Assembly: GCA_902796055.1 (NCBI GenBank)
Contig: CADBNM010000073.1
Coordinates: forward strand, 1 to 47,404
From: Oscillospiraceae bacterium
Lineage (GTDB): Bacteria; Bacillota; Clostridia; Oscillospirales; Acutalibacteraceae
Direction: 5' to 3'
Length of the DNA: 47,404 nucleotides
This document shows positions 18,868-27,909 of this stretch, piece by piece (position 1 is the stretch's first letter; the number at the start of each line of letters is the position of its first letter). The notes under the pieces are model-generated. The model made no database searches. It saw nothing but the letters and a program-made list of their open reading frames with translations, and was not told the origin of the DNA. The translations under genes were made by a program, and so were the position numbers.

Positions 18868-18896
18868 TTGACTTAGTATGGATTAAAATATATAAT
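18868..18896 (+). promoter_or_regulatory. sigma-A-type promoter for the GH5 gene (divergent)
   Basis: TTGACT (18868-18873), 17-nt spacer, TATAAT (18891-18896). Confidence 0.6.
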
Positions 18897-18925
18897 TATT
18901 CTATATTATTTAAGGATGTTTTGTA

Positions 18926-20179
18926 ATGAATTTCAGAAAAGGTGTTTGCATAGTTCTTATAAGTGCATTAGTATTAAACGGCGTAATGCTTTCAGCCTGC
19001 TCACGCAAGGAGCAATTTGATATAAAAAAAGATACTCCGCGTTCCTTTATTCACGCTCAGGGCAAAAACCTTGTTACAGATGATAAAACAGTAATTCTAA
19101 AAGGCGTGAATGCAGGCGGTTGGCTTTTAACAGAGGATTGGCTCACACCCACTTCGCTGACCGACGATTTATCGGGCGAAAACGGACAGTATGAATTTGA
19201 AAAAGCGCTCATTAAAAAGCACGGCGAGAAAAAGGCAAAGCAATTAATTGATACTTATCGCGATAATTGGTGGAGCGAGGCTGATTTTAAAAACATTTCG
19301 GAACTCGGCTTCAATATGATAAGACTGCCTTTCGGTTGGGAAGATTTTACAGATGAAAACGGTGCCTTTAAAGCTGATGCCTTCAGCCGTGCCGACTGGT
19401 TTGTAAGTAATTGCGAAAAATATAATTTATTAGTCGTTCTCGATTTGCACGGCGCTTACGGCTCTCAGAACGGCAGGCACCATTCGGGCGATACCACTTC
19501 AGGCGGAGACTTGTTCGGCAACGAGAAAAACGAGCGTTTGACCGTGCAACTGTGGAAGGCAATAGCAGGGCACTATAAATACAATAAATATGTAGCGGGT
19601 TACGACCTCTTAAATGAACCCGAGGGCAAGCCTGACGGTCATACCGAAAAGCAACAATGGGATTTTTACGATAAACTTTATAAAGCCATTCGCAGCGTTG
19701 ATAAAAATCATCTTTTGTTTTTGGAGTCGTGCTGGGACGCCGATAATATGCCTGACCCCAAGGATTACGGTTGGGAAAACATAGCGTATGAGTATCACTA
19801 CTATAATTGGGAAAATTCAAATGACTTAAAGTCAATGAAATCCTATTTCGGCTATAAATCGCAACTCGAATTTAAACTTAATACTTTAAAATACAGGGTG
19901 CCCGTTTTTATAGGCGAGTTTACATTTTTTGATAATCCCGATTGTTGGCGTTACGGGCTTGATTTCTTTAAAAAGCACGGTATGAGTTGGGCTATGTGGA
20001 CATATAAAGGCAATGTCAATTCAAATTGGGTGCTTTATTCGGGTGAGGAAAGAACGCCCGACACGGTTGTAACACCCGAAACGGAATATAATAAGGCGCT
20101 TGCAATTTTTAAAAATACAGGCACCGGAAACTTTAAACAAAACACCGAACTTTGTAAAATCATTTCGGAGTATTTATAA
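18926..20179 (+). CDS. glycoside hydrolase family 5 lipoprotein (cellulase / beta-glycanase type)
   Basis: Signal peptide plus lipobox (VMLSACS). GH5 signatures RLPF, LDLHG and catalytic LLNEPEG. Confidence 0.85.
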   Translation: MNFRKGVCIVLISALVLNGVMLSACSRKEQFDIKKDTPRSFIHAQGKNLVTDDKTVILKGVNAGGWLLTEDWLTPTSLTDDLSGENGQYEFEKALIKKHGEKKAKQLIDTYRDNWWSEADFKNISELGFNMIRLPFGWEDFTDENGAFKADAFSRADWFVSNCEKYNLLVVLDLHGAYGSQNGRHHSGDTTSGGDLFGNEKNERLTVQLWKAIAGHYKYNKYVAGYDLLNEPEGKPDGHTEKQQWDFYDKLYKAIRSVDKNHLLFLESCWDADNMPDPKDYGWENIAYEYHYYNWENSNDLKSMKSYFGYKSQLEFKLNTLKYRVPVFIGEFTFFDNPDCWRYGLDFFKKHGMSWAMWTYKGNVNSNWVLYSGEERTPDTVVTPETEYNKALAIFKNTGTGNFKQNTELCKIISEYL

Positions 20180-20190
20180 ACAAGGTCGAA

Positions 20191-20236
20191 AAAATAAAAA
20201 AAGCCGCTGAAACCTCGCAGTTCCAGCGGCTTATCA
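20191..20236 (-). terminator. Rho-independent terminator (strong on the minus strand, for gpmI)
   Basis: Stem gccgctg / cagcggc. On the minus strand it is followed by TTTTTTTATTTTTT. Confidence 0.75.
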
Positions 20237-20248
20237 ATTAGCTTAATT

Positions 20249-21778
20249 TTATTTTATTATCGACTGTCCCGTCATTTCTTCGGGCTGGGGAAGTCCCATA
20301 ACCTTCAACATTGTCGGTGAAAGGTCGCAGAGTTTTCCGCCCTCGCGAAGCTCGCAGTCGCCTGCGCCGAATACTATAAACGGCACAAGGTTTGTCGTGT
20401 GCGCGGTGAAGGGGGAGCCGTCAGCGTCAATCATCTTGTCGGCGTTGCCGTGGTCTGCGGTGATAAGGAGCACGCCGCCCATTTGAGCTACAGCGTCCGA
20501 AAGTTTGCCCACACATTCATCAACAGTTTCAACAGCCTTTACAGCCGCTTCAAATATGCCTGTGTGGCCTACCATATCGCAGTTAGCGTAGTTAATGATA
20601 ATCATATCATATTTACCGCTTCTTACCGCTTCGCATACCTTAACGGTAACTTCGGGAGCGCTCATTTCGGGCTGCAAATCATATGTAGCAACCTTCGGCG
20701 AATTAACAAGAATTCTGTCCTCGCCGGGGTACTGCTTCTCAACGCCGCCGTTGTAGAAGAAGGTTACATGAGCGTATTTCTCGGTTTCCGCAATACGAAG
20801 CTGAGTCATACCGAGGTTCGAGATGTATTCGCCCATGGTGTTTTTAAGGCTTTGAGGCTTGAAAGCTACCTCTACATTGGGCATTGTTGCGTCATACTGA
20901 GTAAAGCAAACATACTTTACAGGGAAGTAAGTTCTTTCAAAGCCCTTGAAATCGGGGTCAACAAGAGTTCTGGTGATTTCTCTTGCTCTGTCGGGGCGGA
21001 AATTGAAGAAAATAACGGAATCGTTTTCCTTAATTGTCGCGCCTTCTTGACAAACCGTGGGGATAACAAACTCATCTGTGATGTGCTTGCCCTCTTCGTC
21101 GATTTTTTCGTAGCTCTCTTTAATAGCGCAAACGGGACATTCTGCCTTTATTCCTTCGCCCAAAACGAGAGCGTTATACGCTTTTTTAACTCTTTCCCAG
21201 CGGTTGTCTCTGTCCATAGCATAGAATCTGCCCATAACGGTCGCAACTTTGCCAATGCCGATTTCCTTGCATTTTTCTACGCACTCGGCAACATAGTCCG
21301 CGCCCGAAGCGGGGGGAACGTCTCTGCCGTCAAGGAAGCAGTGAATATAAACTTCCTTTAAACCTTCGGCTTTAGCCATTTTAAGCAGTCCCCAAAGGTG
21401 AGAATTGTGGGAGTGTACGCCGCCGTCGCTCATAAGTCCCATAAGGTGAAGGGCGGTGCCGTATTTTTTGCAGTTATCCATAGCGTCCTTGAGAACTTCG
21501 TTTTTAAAGAAATCGCCGTCCTCAATGCTCTTGGTAATTCTTGTAAGCTCTTGGTAAACAACTCTGCCGGCGCCGATATTTGTGTGACCAACCTCGCTGT
21601 TACCCATTTGACCGTCAGGCAGACCTACATCCATACCCGATGCGCCGATGTGAGTCATCGGGCACTCAGCCATGAGCTTATCAAGTCTCGGAGTTTTGGC
21701 AGCGTAAATTGCGTTACCCTTGGTATCGGGATTGTAGCCAAAGCCGTCCATTATACATAAAACAACAGGTTTTTTCAT
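20249..21778 (-). CDS. gpmI: 2,3-bisphosphoglycerate-independent phosphoglycerate mutase
   Basis: MKKPVVLCIMDGFG, GNSEVGHTNIGAGR and ADHGNA motifs; 509 aa. Confidence 0.97.
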   Translation of the reverse strand: MKKPVVLCIMDGFGYNPDTKGNAIYAAKTPRLDKLMAECPMTHIGASGMDVGLPDGQMGNSEVGHTNIGAGRVVYQELTRITKSIEDGDFFKNEVLKDAMDNCKKYGTALHLMGLMSDGGVHSHNSHLWGLLKMAKAEGLKEVYIHCFLDGRDVPPASGADYVAECVEKCKEIGIGKVATVMGRFYAMDRDNRWERVKKAYNALVLGEGIKAECPVCAIKESYEKIDEEGKHITDEFVIPTVCQEGATIKENDSVIFFNFRPDRAREITRTLVDPDFKGFERTYFPVKYVCFTQYDATMPNVEVAFKPQSLKNTMGEYISNLGMTQLRIAETEKYAHVTFFYNGGVEKQYPGEDRILVNSPKVATYDLQPEMSAPEVTVKVCEAVRSGKYDMIIINYANCDMVGHTGIFEAAVKAVETVDECVGKLSDAVAQMGGVLLITADHGNADKMIDADGSPFTAHTTNLVPFIVFGAGDCELREGGKLCDLSPTMLKVMGLPQPEEMTGQSIIK

Positions 21779-21801
21779 ACTTTTTCCTCTTATCTAAAAT
21801 T

Positions 21802-21829
21802 ACTGCACTCATAAATTTATGAGTGCAGT
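21802..21829 (-). other. 12-bp perfect hairpin in the tpiA-gpmI intergenic region
   Basis: actgcactcata-aatt-tatgagtgcagt. On the minus strand it is followed only by AATTTT, so at best a partial terminator or processing site. Confidence 0.4.
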
Positions 21830-21948
21830 TTGTTGGTTATTCGAGCAGAATTAATTTGGATTATGAGTCGGTTTTCAAAAATGTATTTTTAAAACCAAAT
21901 AAATAAAAACAAATTTGCTCTTTGAAAACTGCGAAATATTTATTCTGC

Positions 21949-22716
21949 TTATTTGCTTGCAGCAGCAACGATTGTTGCAAAGTCTGCGCTCTTAAGTGAT
22001 GCGCCGCCGATAAGTCCGCCGTCAACATCAACCTTGCCAACGAGTTCTTCAGCGTTCTTAGCGTTCATTGAACCGCCGTACTGAATTGTGATAGCCTCTG
22101 CAGCCTCGTCGTCATAAAGCTTAGCGATAACTGTGCGGATGTAGTGGTTAACTTCCTCAGCCTGCTCGGGAGTAGCGGTTTTGCCTGTGCCTATAGCCCA
22201 AACGGGTTCGTAAGCGATGATGATGTTTTTGAGTTCATCCTTGCTTATGCCGCCGAGAGCAACTTTAGTCTGAAGACCAACAACTTCTTCGGTGATGCCC
22301 TGTTCTCTCTGCTCTAAAACTTCGCCAACGCAAAGGATAACCTTAAGACCGTTGTCGATAGCAGCGCGTGTTCTGAGTTGTACGGTTTCATCGGTTTCGC
22401 CGAAGTATGCTCTTCTCTCGCTGTGACCGATAACTACATATTCAACGCCCATTTCTGCAAGCATGGGGGCAGCAACCTCGCCTGTGAAAGCGCCGTTTGT
22501 TGCCCAGTGGCAGTTCTCAGCGCCAACTTTGATGTTTGAGCCTTTAGTTGCGTCGAGCGCATTCTGAAGGTCAACAAAGGGAACGCAGATAACTACATCA
22601 CAGTCAGCGTCAGCTACGAGAGGCTTAAGTTCAGCGATAAACTCAGTAGTCTCTTTAGGTGTTTTATTCATTTTCCAGTTGCCGGCAATTACTGCCTTTC
22701 TAACATTTTTCTTCAT
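21949..22716 (-). CDS. tpiA: triose-phosphate isomerase
   Basis: AGNWKMN, IGHSERR and AYEPVWAIGTG motifs. Confidence 0.97.
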   Translation of the reverse strand: MKKNVRKAVIAGNWKMNKTPKETTEFIAELKPLVADADCDVVICVPFVDLQNALDATKGSNIKVGAENCHWATNGAFTGEVAAPMLAEMGVEYVVIGHSERRAYFGETDETVQLRTRAAIDNGLKVILCVGEVLEQREQGITEEVVGLQTKVALGGISKDELKNIIIAYEPVWAIGTGKTATPEQAEEVNHYIRTVIAKLYDDEAAEAITIQYGGSMNAKNAEELVGKVDVDGGLIGGASLKSADFATIVAAASK

Positions 22717-22789
22717 TTTGATATCTCCTTAAATTGAATTTAATTACTTTCTTAAAAGGATACAGCTGCCTAATCGCTGTAAAACTTAA

Positions 22790-24004
22790 TTAGTACTTAT
22801 CTGTCATAGCAGCGATACCGGGAAGCTCCTTGCCTTCAAGGAATTCAAGAGAAGCGCCGCCGCCTGTTGAAATGTGGCTCATCTTATCGCCGAATCCGAG
22901 AGTGTTTACTGCCGCCGCACTGTCGCCACCGCCGATTATTGTTGTAGCGTCAGTCTCTGCAAGCGCCTTTGCAACTGCAATCGTGCCTTCTGCGAATGTC
23001 GGGTTCTCGAAAACGCCCATAGGACCGTTCCAAACAACGGTTTTTGCGTTCTTAACCTCTGTCGCAAACATTTCACGGCTCTTGGGGCCGATGTCAAGAC
23101 CCATCATATCAGCGGGGATAGAGTCAATGTCAACCGCCTCGGCGTCAACCTCTGCGTCAATCGGATTCGGGAATTCTTTTGTAATCATAGCGTCAACGGG
23201 AAGCAGAATTTTAACGCCCTTCTTTTGAGCCTGTGCAAGCATATCCTTGCAGTAGTCGAGCTTTGTGTCGTCAACAAGGCTTGTGCCTACTTCGTAGCCC
23301 TGCGCCTTTGCGAAGGTATAGGACATACCGCCGCCGATGATAAGAGTATCAGCCTTTTCGAGTAAGTTTTCAATAACCTTAAGCTTATCTGCAACCTTTG
23401 CGCCGCCGAGGATTGTAACAAAGGGACGAACGGGATTGTTAACAGCGTCGCCCAAGAATTTGATTTCCTTAGCGATAAGGTAACCGTTTGCGCTCTCTTC
23501 AACAAAGGAAGCAACGCCAACTGTAGAGCAGTGCGCTCTGTGAGCGGTACCGAAAGCGTCGTTAACAAATAAATCGCAAAGAGAAGCAAGCTCTTTTGAG
23601 AAGTTTTCTTCGTTCTTTGTTTCTTCTTTTCTGTATCTTGTGTTTTGAAGAAGAACAACATCACCGTCCTTCATTTGTGCTACAGCATTTTTAGCGTTTT
23701 CGCCAACAACATTGTCATCATCTGCAAAAACAACATCCTTGCCTAATTTCTCGGAAAGTCTTACTGCAACGGGAGCAAGTGAAAGCTCGGGCTTAGCCTC
23801 GCCCTTCGGCTTGCCTAAGTGAGAGCAAAGAATAACCTTTGCGTTATTGTCAATAAGATACTGAATTGTGGGGAGAGCCGCAACAATTCTGTTTTCGTCA
23901 GTAATAACTCCGTCCTTAAGCGGAACATTGAAATCGCAGCGAACAAGAACTCTCTTGCCTGCCACATTAAGGTCTTCAACATTTTTCTTGTTTAAATAGC
24001 TCAT
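22790..24004 (-). CDS. pgk: phosphoglycerate kinase
   Basis: [15 protein letters not shown] and GGGDSAAAV motifs. Start set to ATG 24004 (MSYLNKK) with an AAAGGTG SD. Confidence 0.96.
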   Translation of the reverse strand: MSYLNKKNVEDLNVAGKRVLVRCDFNVPLKDGVITDENRIVAALPTIQYLIDNNAKVILCSHLGKPKGEAKPELSLAPVAVRLSEKLGKDVVFADDDNVVGENAKNAVAQMKDGDVVLLQNTRYRKEETKNEENFSKELASLCDLFVNDAFGTAHRAHCSTVGVASFVEESANGYLIAKEIKFLGDAVNNPVRPFVTILGGAKVADKLKVIENLLEKADTLIIGGGMSYTFAKAQGYEVGTSLVDDTKLDYCKDMLAQAQKKGVKILLPVDAMITKEFPNPIDAEVDAEAVDIDSIPADMMGLDIGPKSREMFATEVKNAKTVVWNGPMGVFENPTFAEGTIAVAKALAETDATTIIGGGDSAAAVNTLGFGDKMSHISTGGGASLEFLEGKELPGIAAMTDKY

Positions 24005-24129
24005 TTGAAAAAACACCTTTCTTTTTAGTTTACTATTTTATTTTATAATATTATTGCGTCTATTTCAAGTTTATATAAAAAATATTATAACAAAATTTTA
24101 TTTCGTTAAATTATTATTTTTAGAACATT

Positions 24130-24627
24130 TTACCATTTATATTTTGTAAGCTCTCCGCTTTCCTTTAAATGCGGATAATCCCACTGCCTTAAAACCTCGT
24201 ATACTCCGACTGCGACCGAATTTGAAAGATTAAGACTTCTGCACTCGGCCTGCATGGGAATTCTTATGCAATTATCCTTGTTTTCTTTTAAAAGCTCTTC
24301 GGGCAGACCTGCGTCCTCTCTGCCGAAAACGAGGTAGCAATTGTCAGGATATTCAATATCAGTGTGGCGATAGGGTGCCTTTGTTGAAAAGAAAAACAGG
24401 TTGGCGTTTTTGTTCTTTTGCGTAAAGTCCGCCCAGTCAAGGTAATAAGTAATATCAAGGTGGTGCCAGTAGTCGAGTCCGGCGTGCTTTAATTTTTTAT
24501 CGTCAACCCGAAATCCCATAGGCTCAATAAGGTGAAGCCTTGCGCCCGTGCAAGCGCAGGTTCTTGCAATATTTCCCGTGTTCTGCGGAATTTGCGGTTC
24601 TAAAAGTACAATGTTAAGCGTTTTCAT
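24130..24627 (-). CDS. trmL: tRNA (cytidine/uridine-2'-O)-methyltransferase TrmL (SpoU family)
   Basis: LNIVLLEPQIPQNTGNIARTCA and SLNLSNSVAV motifs. ATG 24627 with a GGAGG SD; the ORF-track start at 24687 is less likely. Confidence 0.9.
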   Translation of the reverse strand: MKTLNIVLLEPQIPQNTGNIARTCACTGARLHLIEPMGFRVDDKKLKHAGLDYWHHLDITYYLDWADFTQKNKNANLFFFSTKAPYRHTDIEYPDNCYLVFGREDAGLPEELLKENKDNCIRIPMQAECRSLNLSNSVAVGVYEVLRQWDYPHLKESGELTKYKW

Positions 24628-24694
24628 AATTACCTCCGTTCTAATTATTTTAGCACAAAAGGCGATTTCTTTCAACAAACTAAGCATCAGTATA

Positions 24695-24723
24695 TTGAAA
24701 TGCGTTTGTCAATATGTTAAAAT
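24695..24723 (+). promoter_or_regulatory. sigma-A-type promoter for yhaM
   Basis: TTGAAA (24695-24700), 17-nt spacer, TAAAAT (24718-24723). Confidence 0.5.
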
Positions 24724-24755
24724 AATTACATATTTATACAAAAAGGAAAAATTAT

Positions 24756-25736
24756 ATGAAATTTATCGAAGTAAACAGACAACTTAATTTAAAGGATTGC
24801 TACTGCCTTATTAAAAGTCTTGATAAGAAGATGACTAAAACAGGCAAGCCTTATCTTGATTTAACTCTCAGCGACGCAACAGGCGATATTTCCGCAAAGC
24901 TTTGGGATTACGATGAACTTAAACATTCCTCGCTCGAGGTGAATATGCCCGTCAAGGTACGCGGCTCGCTTGAGGAATTTAAGGGCAAAGACCAGCTTAG
25001 AGTAAACCAAATCAGACCTCTTTTGGAGAGCGATGATTTTGATATTTCCGAACTTGTAGCCTCCTCGCCCGAGGACAGCGGCTGGATGCTCAACGAAATA
25101 AAAAGAATCGTAGCCGCTTTTGGGGATGAAGAGCTTAAAAAGATAGTTAATTATCTTTTGGATGAAAGAGGCAAAGCTCTTTTAAGCGCGCCCGCGGCGG
25201 TAAATATGCACCACGCCGTAAGAGGAGGACTGCTTTTCCACACTATTTCAATGCTTAGAGTGGCGCAGAGGATTTGCGAGGTTTATCCTTTCCTTGATAA
25301 AGAGCTGCTTTTGTCGGGCGTTATAATTCACGACCTCGCGAAAATTGATGAAATGGAAATCAACGATTTGGGGCTCGCCAATAAATACACGGTTCAGGGT
25401 GAACTCGTAGGACATCTTGTAAAGGGCGCCGAGCAGGTTGCAAAGGCTGCCGAAAAGCTTAATATATCGCCTGAAACGAGCATATTGCTCGAGCATATGG
25501 TCATTTCTCACCACGGCGTTCCCGAATTCGGCGCGGCAAAGCTGCCGTCCTTCCCCGAGGCGGAAGTTTTATCCGTAATAGATAATCTTGACGCTACACT
25601 GTTTGAATTTATGGCGGCGATAAACGATATTAATGTCGGCGAATTTTCTTCAAGACAATGGGCGCTTGATAACCGCAAAATATATAATCACGGCAGAACC
25701 TTCGGCACGGCGCCGCAGGCTAATGTGAAAGAATAA
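24756..25736 (+). CDS. yhaM: 3'-5' exoribonuclease YhaM (OB-fold plus HD domain)
   Basis: N-terminal OB fold (KTGKPYLDLTLSD) and HD-domain motifs HHAVRGGLLFHT and IIHDLAK. Confidence 0.9.
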   Translation: MKFIEVNRQLNLKDCYCLIKSLDKKMTKTGKPYLDLTLSDATGDISAKLWDYDELKHSSLEVNMPVKVRGSLEEFKGKDQLRVNQIRPLLESDDFDISELVASSPEDSGWMLNEIKRIVAAFGDEELKKIVNYLLDERGKALLSAPAAVNMHHAVRGGLLFHTISMLRVAQRICEVYPFLDKELLLSGVIIHDLAKIDEMEINDLGLANKYTVQGELVGHLVKGAEQVAKAAEKLNISPETSILLEHMVISHHGVPEFGAAKLPSFPEAEVLSVIDNLDATLFEFMAAINDINVGEFSSRQWALDNRKIYNHGRTFGTAPQANVKE

Positions 25737-25767
25737 TTTAGTTATTTATATTCAGGAGGAATAGATT

Positions 25768-26805
25768 ATGAGTATGCAGCACGAAGTCACTAATAAACAA
25801 AAACTGCTTAACGCTGAGGGACACATCGCTGAAGAGGGCTGGGCAAAAAGCCTTGTTTGGGATTACAGCAGGCAGGACATCACAGCGCCGAAATGGCGTA
25901 TTAAGGAGTGGGATTATTACCTTGTAGTCGGCGATAATTATGCTTGCGCTTTCACTATTTCCGATTTAGGCTATATAGGAATGATTAGCGTAACGCTGCT
26001 TGATTTTAACACCGATGAAAACCACACAAATCCCGTTATAACCGTTTTGCCGATGGGTAAATTTGCGCTTCCCACCCATTCCTCGGGCGGCAACATCACA
26101 TTTAAGAATAAAAACCTTAAGCTCAAATTCATTCAGGAAAAGGGCTACAGAAGAATTCTTTGCGATTATAATAATCTTGACGGTAAGCCCTTCAAGTGCG
26201 ACATTCGTCTTGAACAGCCCGAAATGGACTCAATGTGCATAGCAACCTCTTGGGCTGAGAAGAGAGACCACTTCTATTATAACCAAAAGATTAACTGTAT
26301 GCCCGCTAAAGGCAGTGCGTTCTACGGCGATAAGGAATATAAGTTCAATCCCGAAACGGACTTCGGTACACTTGACTGGGGCAGAGGCGTCTGGACTTAT
26401 GATAATACCTGGTATTGGTCGTCGGGCAATCAGAGAATTAACGGCAAGCCCTTCGGATTCAACCTCGGTTACGGTTTTACAGACCGCACACCCGCAACAG
26501 AAAATATGCTTTTCTATGACGGTAAGGCGCATAAGCTTGATGAGGTTACATTTGAAATTCCCGTTAAGGAAGACGGTACAAAGGACTATATGTCGCCTTG
26601 GAAGTTTACTTCTAACGACGGCAGATTTGAATGTGACTTCACACCCGTTAAGGATCGTTCCGATTTCACAAAAATCGGTCCTATCGTAACTGACCAGCAT
26701 CAGGTATTCGGCAGACTTAACGGCACGGCAACCCTCGATGACGGCACAGTGCTCGAAATCAAAGATATGCTGATGTTTGCAGAGGATGTCCATAATAAAT
26801 ACTAA
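25768..26805 (+). CDS. DUF2804-family protein
   Basis: IKEWDYYLV and WYWSSGN-type motifs, as I remember them for DUF2804. AGGAGG SD 8 nt upstream. Confidence 0.75.
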   Translation: MSMQHEVTNKQKLLNAEGHIAEEGWAKSLVWDYSRQDITAPKWRIKEWDYYLVVGDNYACAFTISDLGYIGMISVTLLDFNTDENHTNPVITVLPMGKFALPTHSSGGNITFKNKNLKLKFIQEKGYRRILCDYNNLDGKPFKCDIRLEQPEMDSMCIATSWAEKRDHFYYNQKINCMPAKGSAFYGDKEYKFNPETDFGTLDWGRGVWTYDNTWYWSSGNQRINGKPFGFNLGYGFTDRTPATENMLFYDGKAHKLDEVTFEIPVKEDGTKDYMSPWKFTSNDGRFECDFTPVKDRSDFTKIGPIVTDQHQVFGRLNGTATLDDGTVLEIKDMLMFAEDVHNKY

Positions 26806-26822
26806 GACCGCTTGAGACCGCG

Positions 26823-26961
26823 GAGAAAGAGGCTAAAACCGTGCGACTTAAAATAACGGTATTATAATATTTTAAGCCTGAGTTTAGTTTTAAATCTCAA
26901 TCAACTATTTAATATTCATAAGGGAAAATCCGAAGCCTTTTTTGGCTTCGGATTTTTGCAC
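26823..26961 (+). repeat. 139-nt direct repeat, copy D1 (ends in a bidirectional hairpin terminator 26924-26958)
   Basis: GAGAAAGAGGCTAAAACCGTGCGACT...CAACTATTTAATATTCATAAGGGAAAATCCGAAGCC-TTTTTT-GGCTTCGGATTTTTGCAC. The paralogous copy lies 264 nt downstream. Confidence 0.8.
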
Positions 26962-27086
26962 TTCCGATAACTGAAACTCGGAGTATCGCATACGCCTTCC
27001 GTTTCAGTCAGCAAATTTCATTTCTCTTTCTCTCGGTCTCACACTGCGCCAAATCAAAAAAATCAGCGTAGTGCGATTTATACATC

Positions 27087-27225
27087 GAGAAAGAGGCTGA
27101 ATGCGTGCAGACTAAAAAAATATAGAGATATTATATTCTAAGTATGTGCAAAGTTTTAGTATTCAGCAACTATTTAATAATTATAAGGGAAAAACCGAAA
27201 CCGCTTTGGTTTCGGTCTTTTACAC
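27087..27225 (+). repeat. 139-nt direct repeat, copy D2 (ends in hairpin terminator 27190-27221)
   Basis: GAGAAAGAGGCTGAATGCGTGCAGACT...CAACTATTTAATAATTATAAGGGAAAAACCGAAACC-GCTTT-GGTTTCGGTCTTTTACAC. Confidence 0.8.
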
Positions 27226-27345
27226 CTTGAAAAATCAAAATAACAATAAGCGTATTGCAGTCGATTTTTTGATTTTTCATATTAATATTTGACAATATCA
27301 TAAAAATATTTTATTCTTTTATATATCATTATTAAAGGAATAAAA

Positions 27346-27891
27346 ATGAAAGCATTAAAACATTTTATAACAATAACAAATCATCGCCATAAGGTGATAG
27401 CCAACTGCTTTCGGGCGGGAATAGGCGCGCAGGGGTTAAAACACGACCTTTCAAAATACAGCCCTACCGAGTTTTTGCCCGGCGCAAAGTATTATATCGG
27501 CACGCGCTCGCCGAATGAGCTTGAGCGAGAGGATATAGGATATTCAAAGGCGTGGCTTCACCACAAGGGCAGGAATAAGCATCATTTTGAATACTGGGTT
27601 GATGTCGATGTAAAAACCAAAAAGTATGCGCCTGTCAAAATGCCCTATAACTATCTTGTTGAGATGTTTTGCGACAGGGTAGGCGCTTCAAAAATTTACG
27701 GTGGCGAGAGGTATGACGACGCTTATGCTTTGAATTACTTTTTGAGAGGCAAGGGTAAAAGGGCAATGCACCCCGAAACTTCCGCCGAACTTGAAAGACT
27801 GCTCACAATGCTTTCCGAGCAGGGCGAGGAAAAAACCTTTGCCGAAATAAGAAGATGTGTAAAAAAATACGGCAAGACCGCTGACTATTAA
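27346..27891 (+). CDS. DUF5662-family protein (often mis-annotated as catalase)
   Basis: HFITITNHRHKV..GLKHDLSKYSPTEF..AWLHHKGRNKHHFEYW matches my recollection of DUF5662. Confidence 0.75.
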   Translation: MKALKHFITITNHRHKVIANCFRAGIGAQGLKHDLSKYSPTEFLPGAKYYIGTRSPNELEREDIGYSKAWLHHKGRNKHHFEYWVDVDVKTKKYAPVKMPYNYLVEMFCDRVGASKIYGGERYDDAYALNYFLRGKGKRAMHPETSAELERLLTMLSEQGEEKTFAEIRRCVKKYGKTADY

Positions 27892-27909
27892 TAAAAACAG
27901 GGAGATATT

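Noticed and set aside
20399-21760. Long + strand ORFs (320 aa and 120 aa) opposite gpmI
   Set aside because: They are antisense shadows of a highly conserved glycolytic gene.
26230-26793. 187-aa minus-strand ORF and 124-aa + ORF inside the DUF2804 gene
   Set aside because: They are shadow ORFs. The DUF2804 frame has an SD and runs continuously at full length.
26863-26868. TATAAT box inside repeat D1 as the promoter of a small RNA
   Set aside because: There is no acceptable -35 or TGn extension at the right spacing in either D1 or D2, so I do not call an sRNA gene. It is kept only as a hypothesis in the findings.
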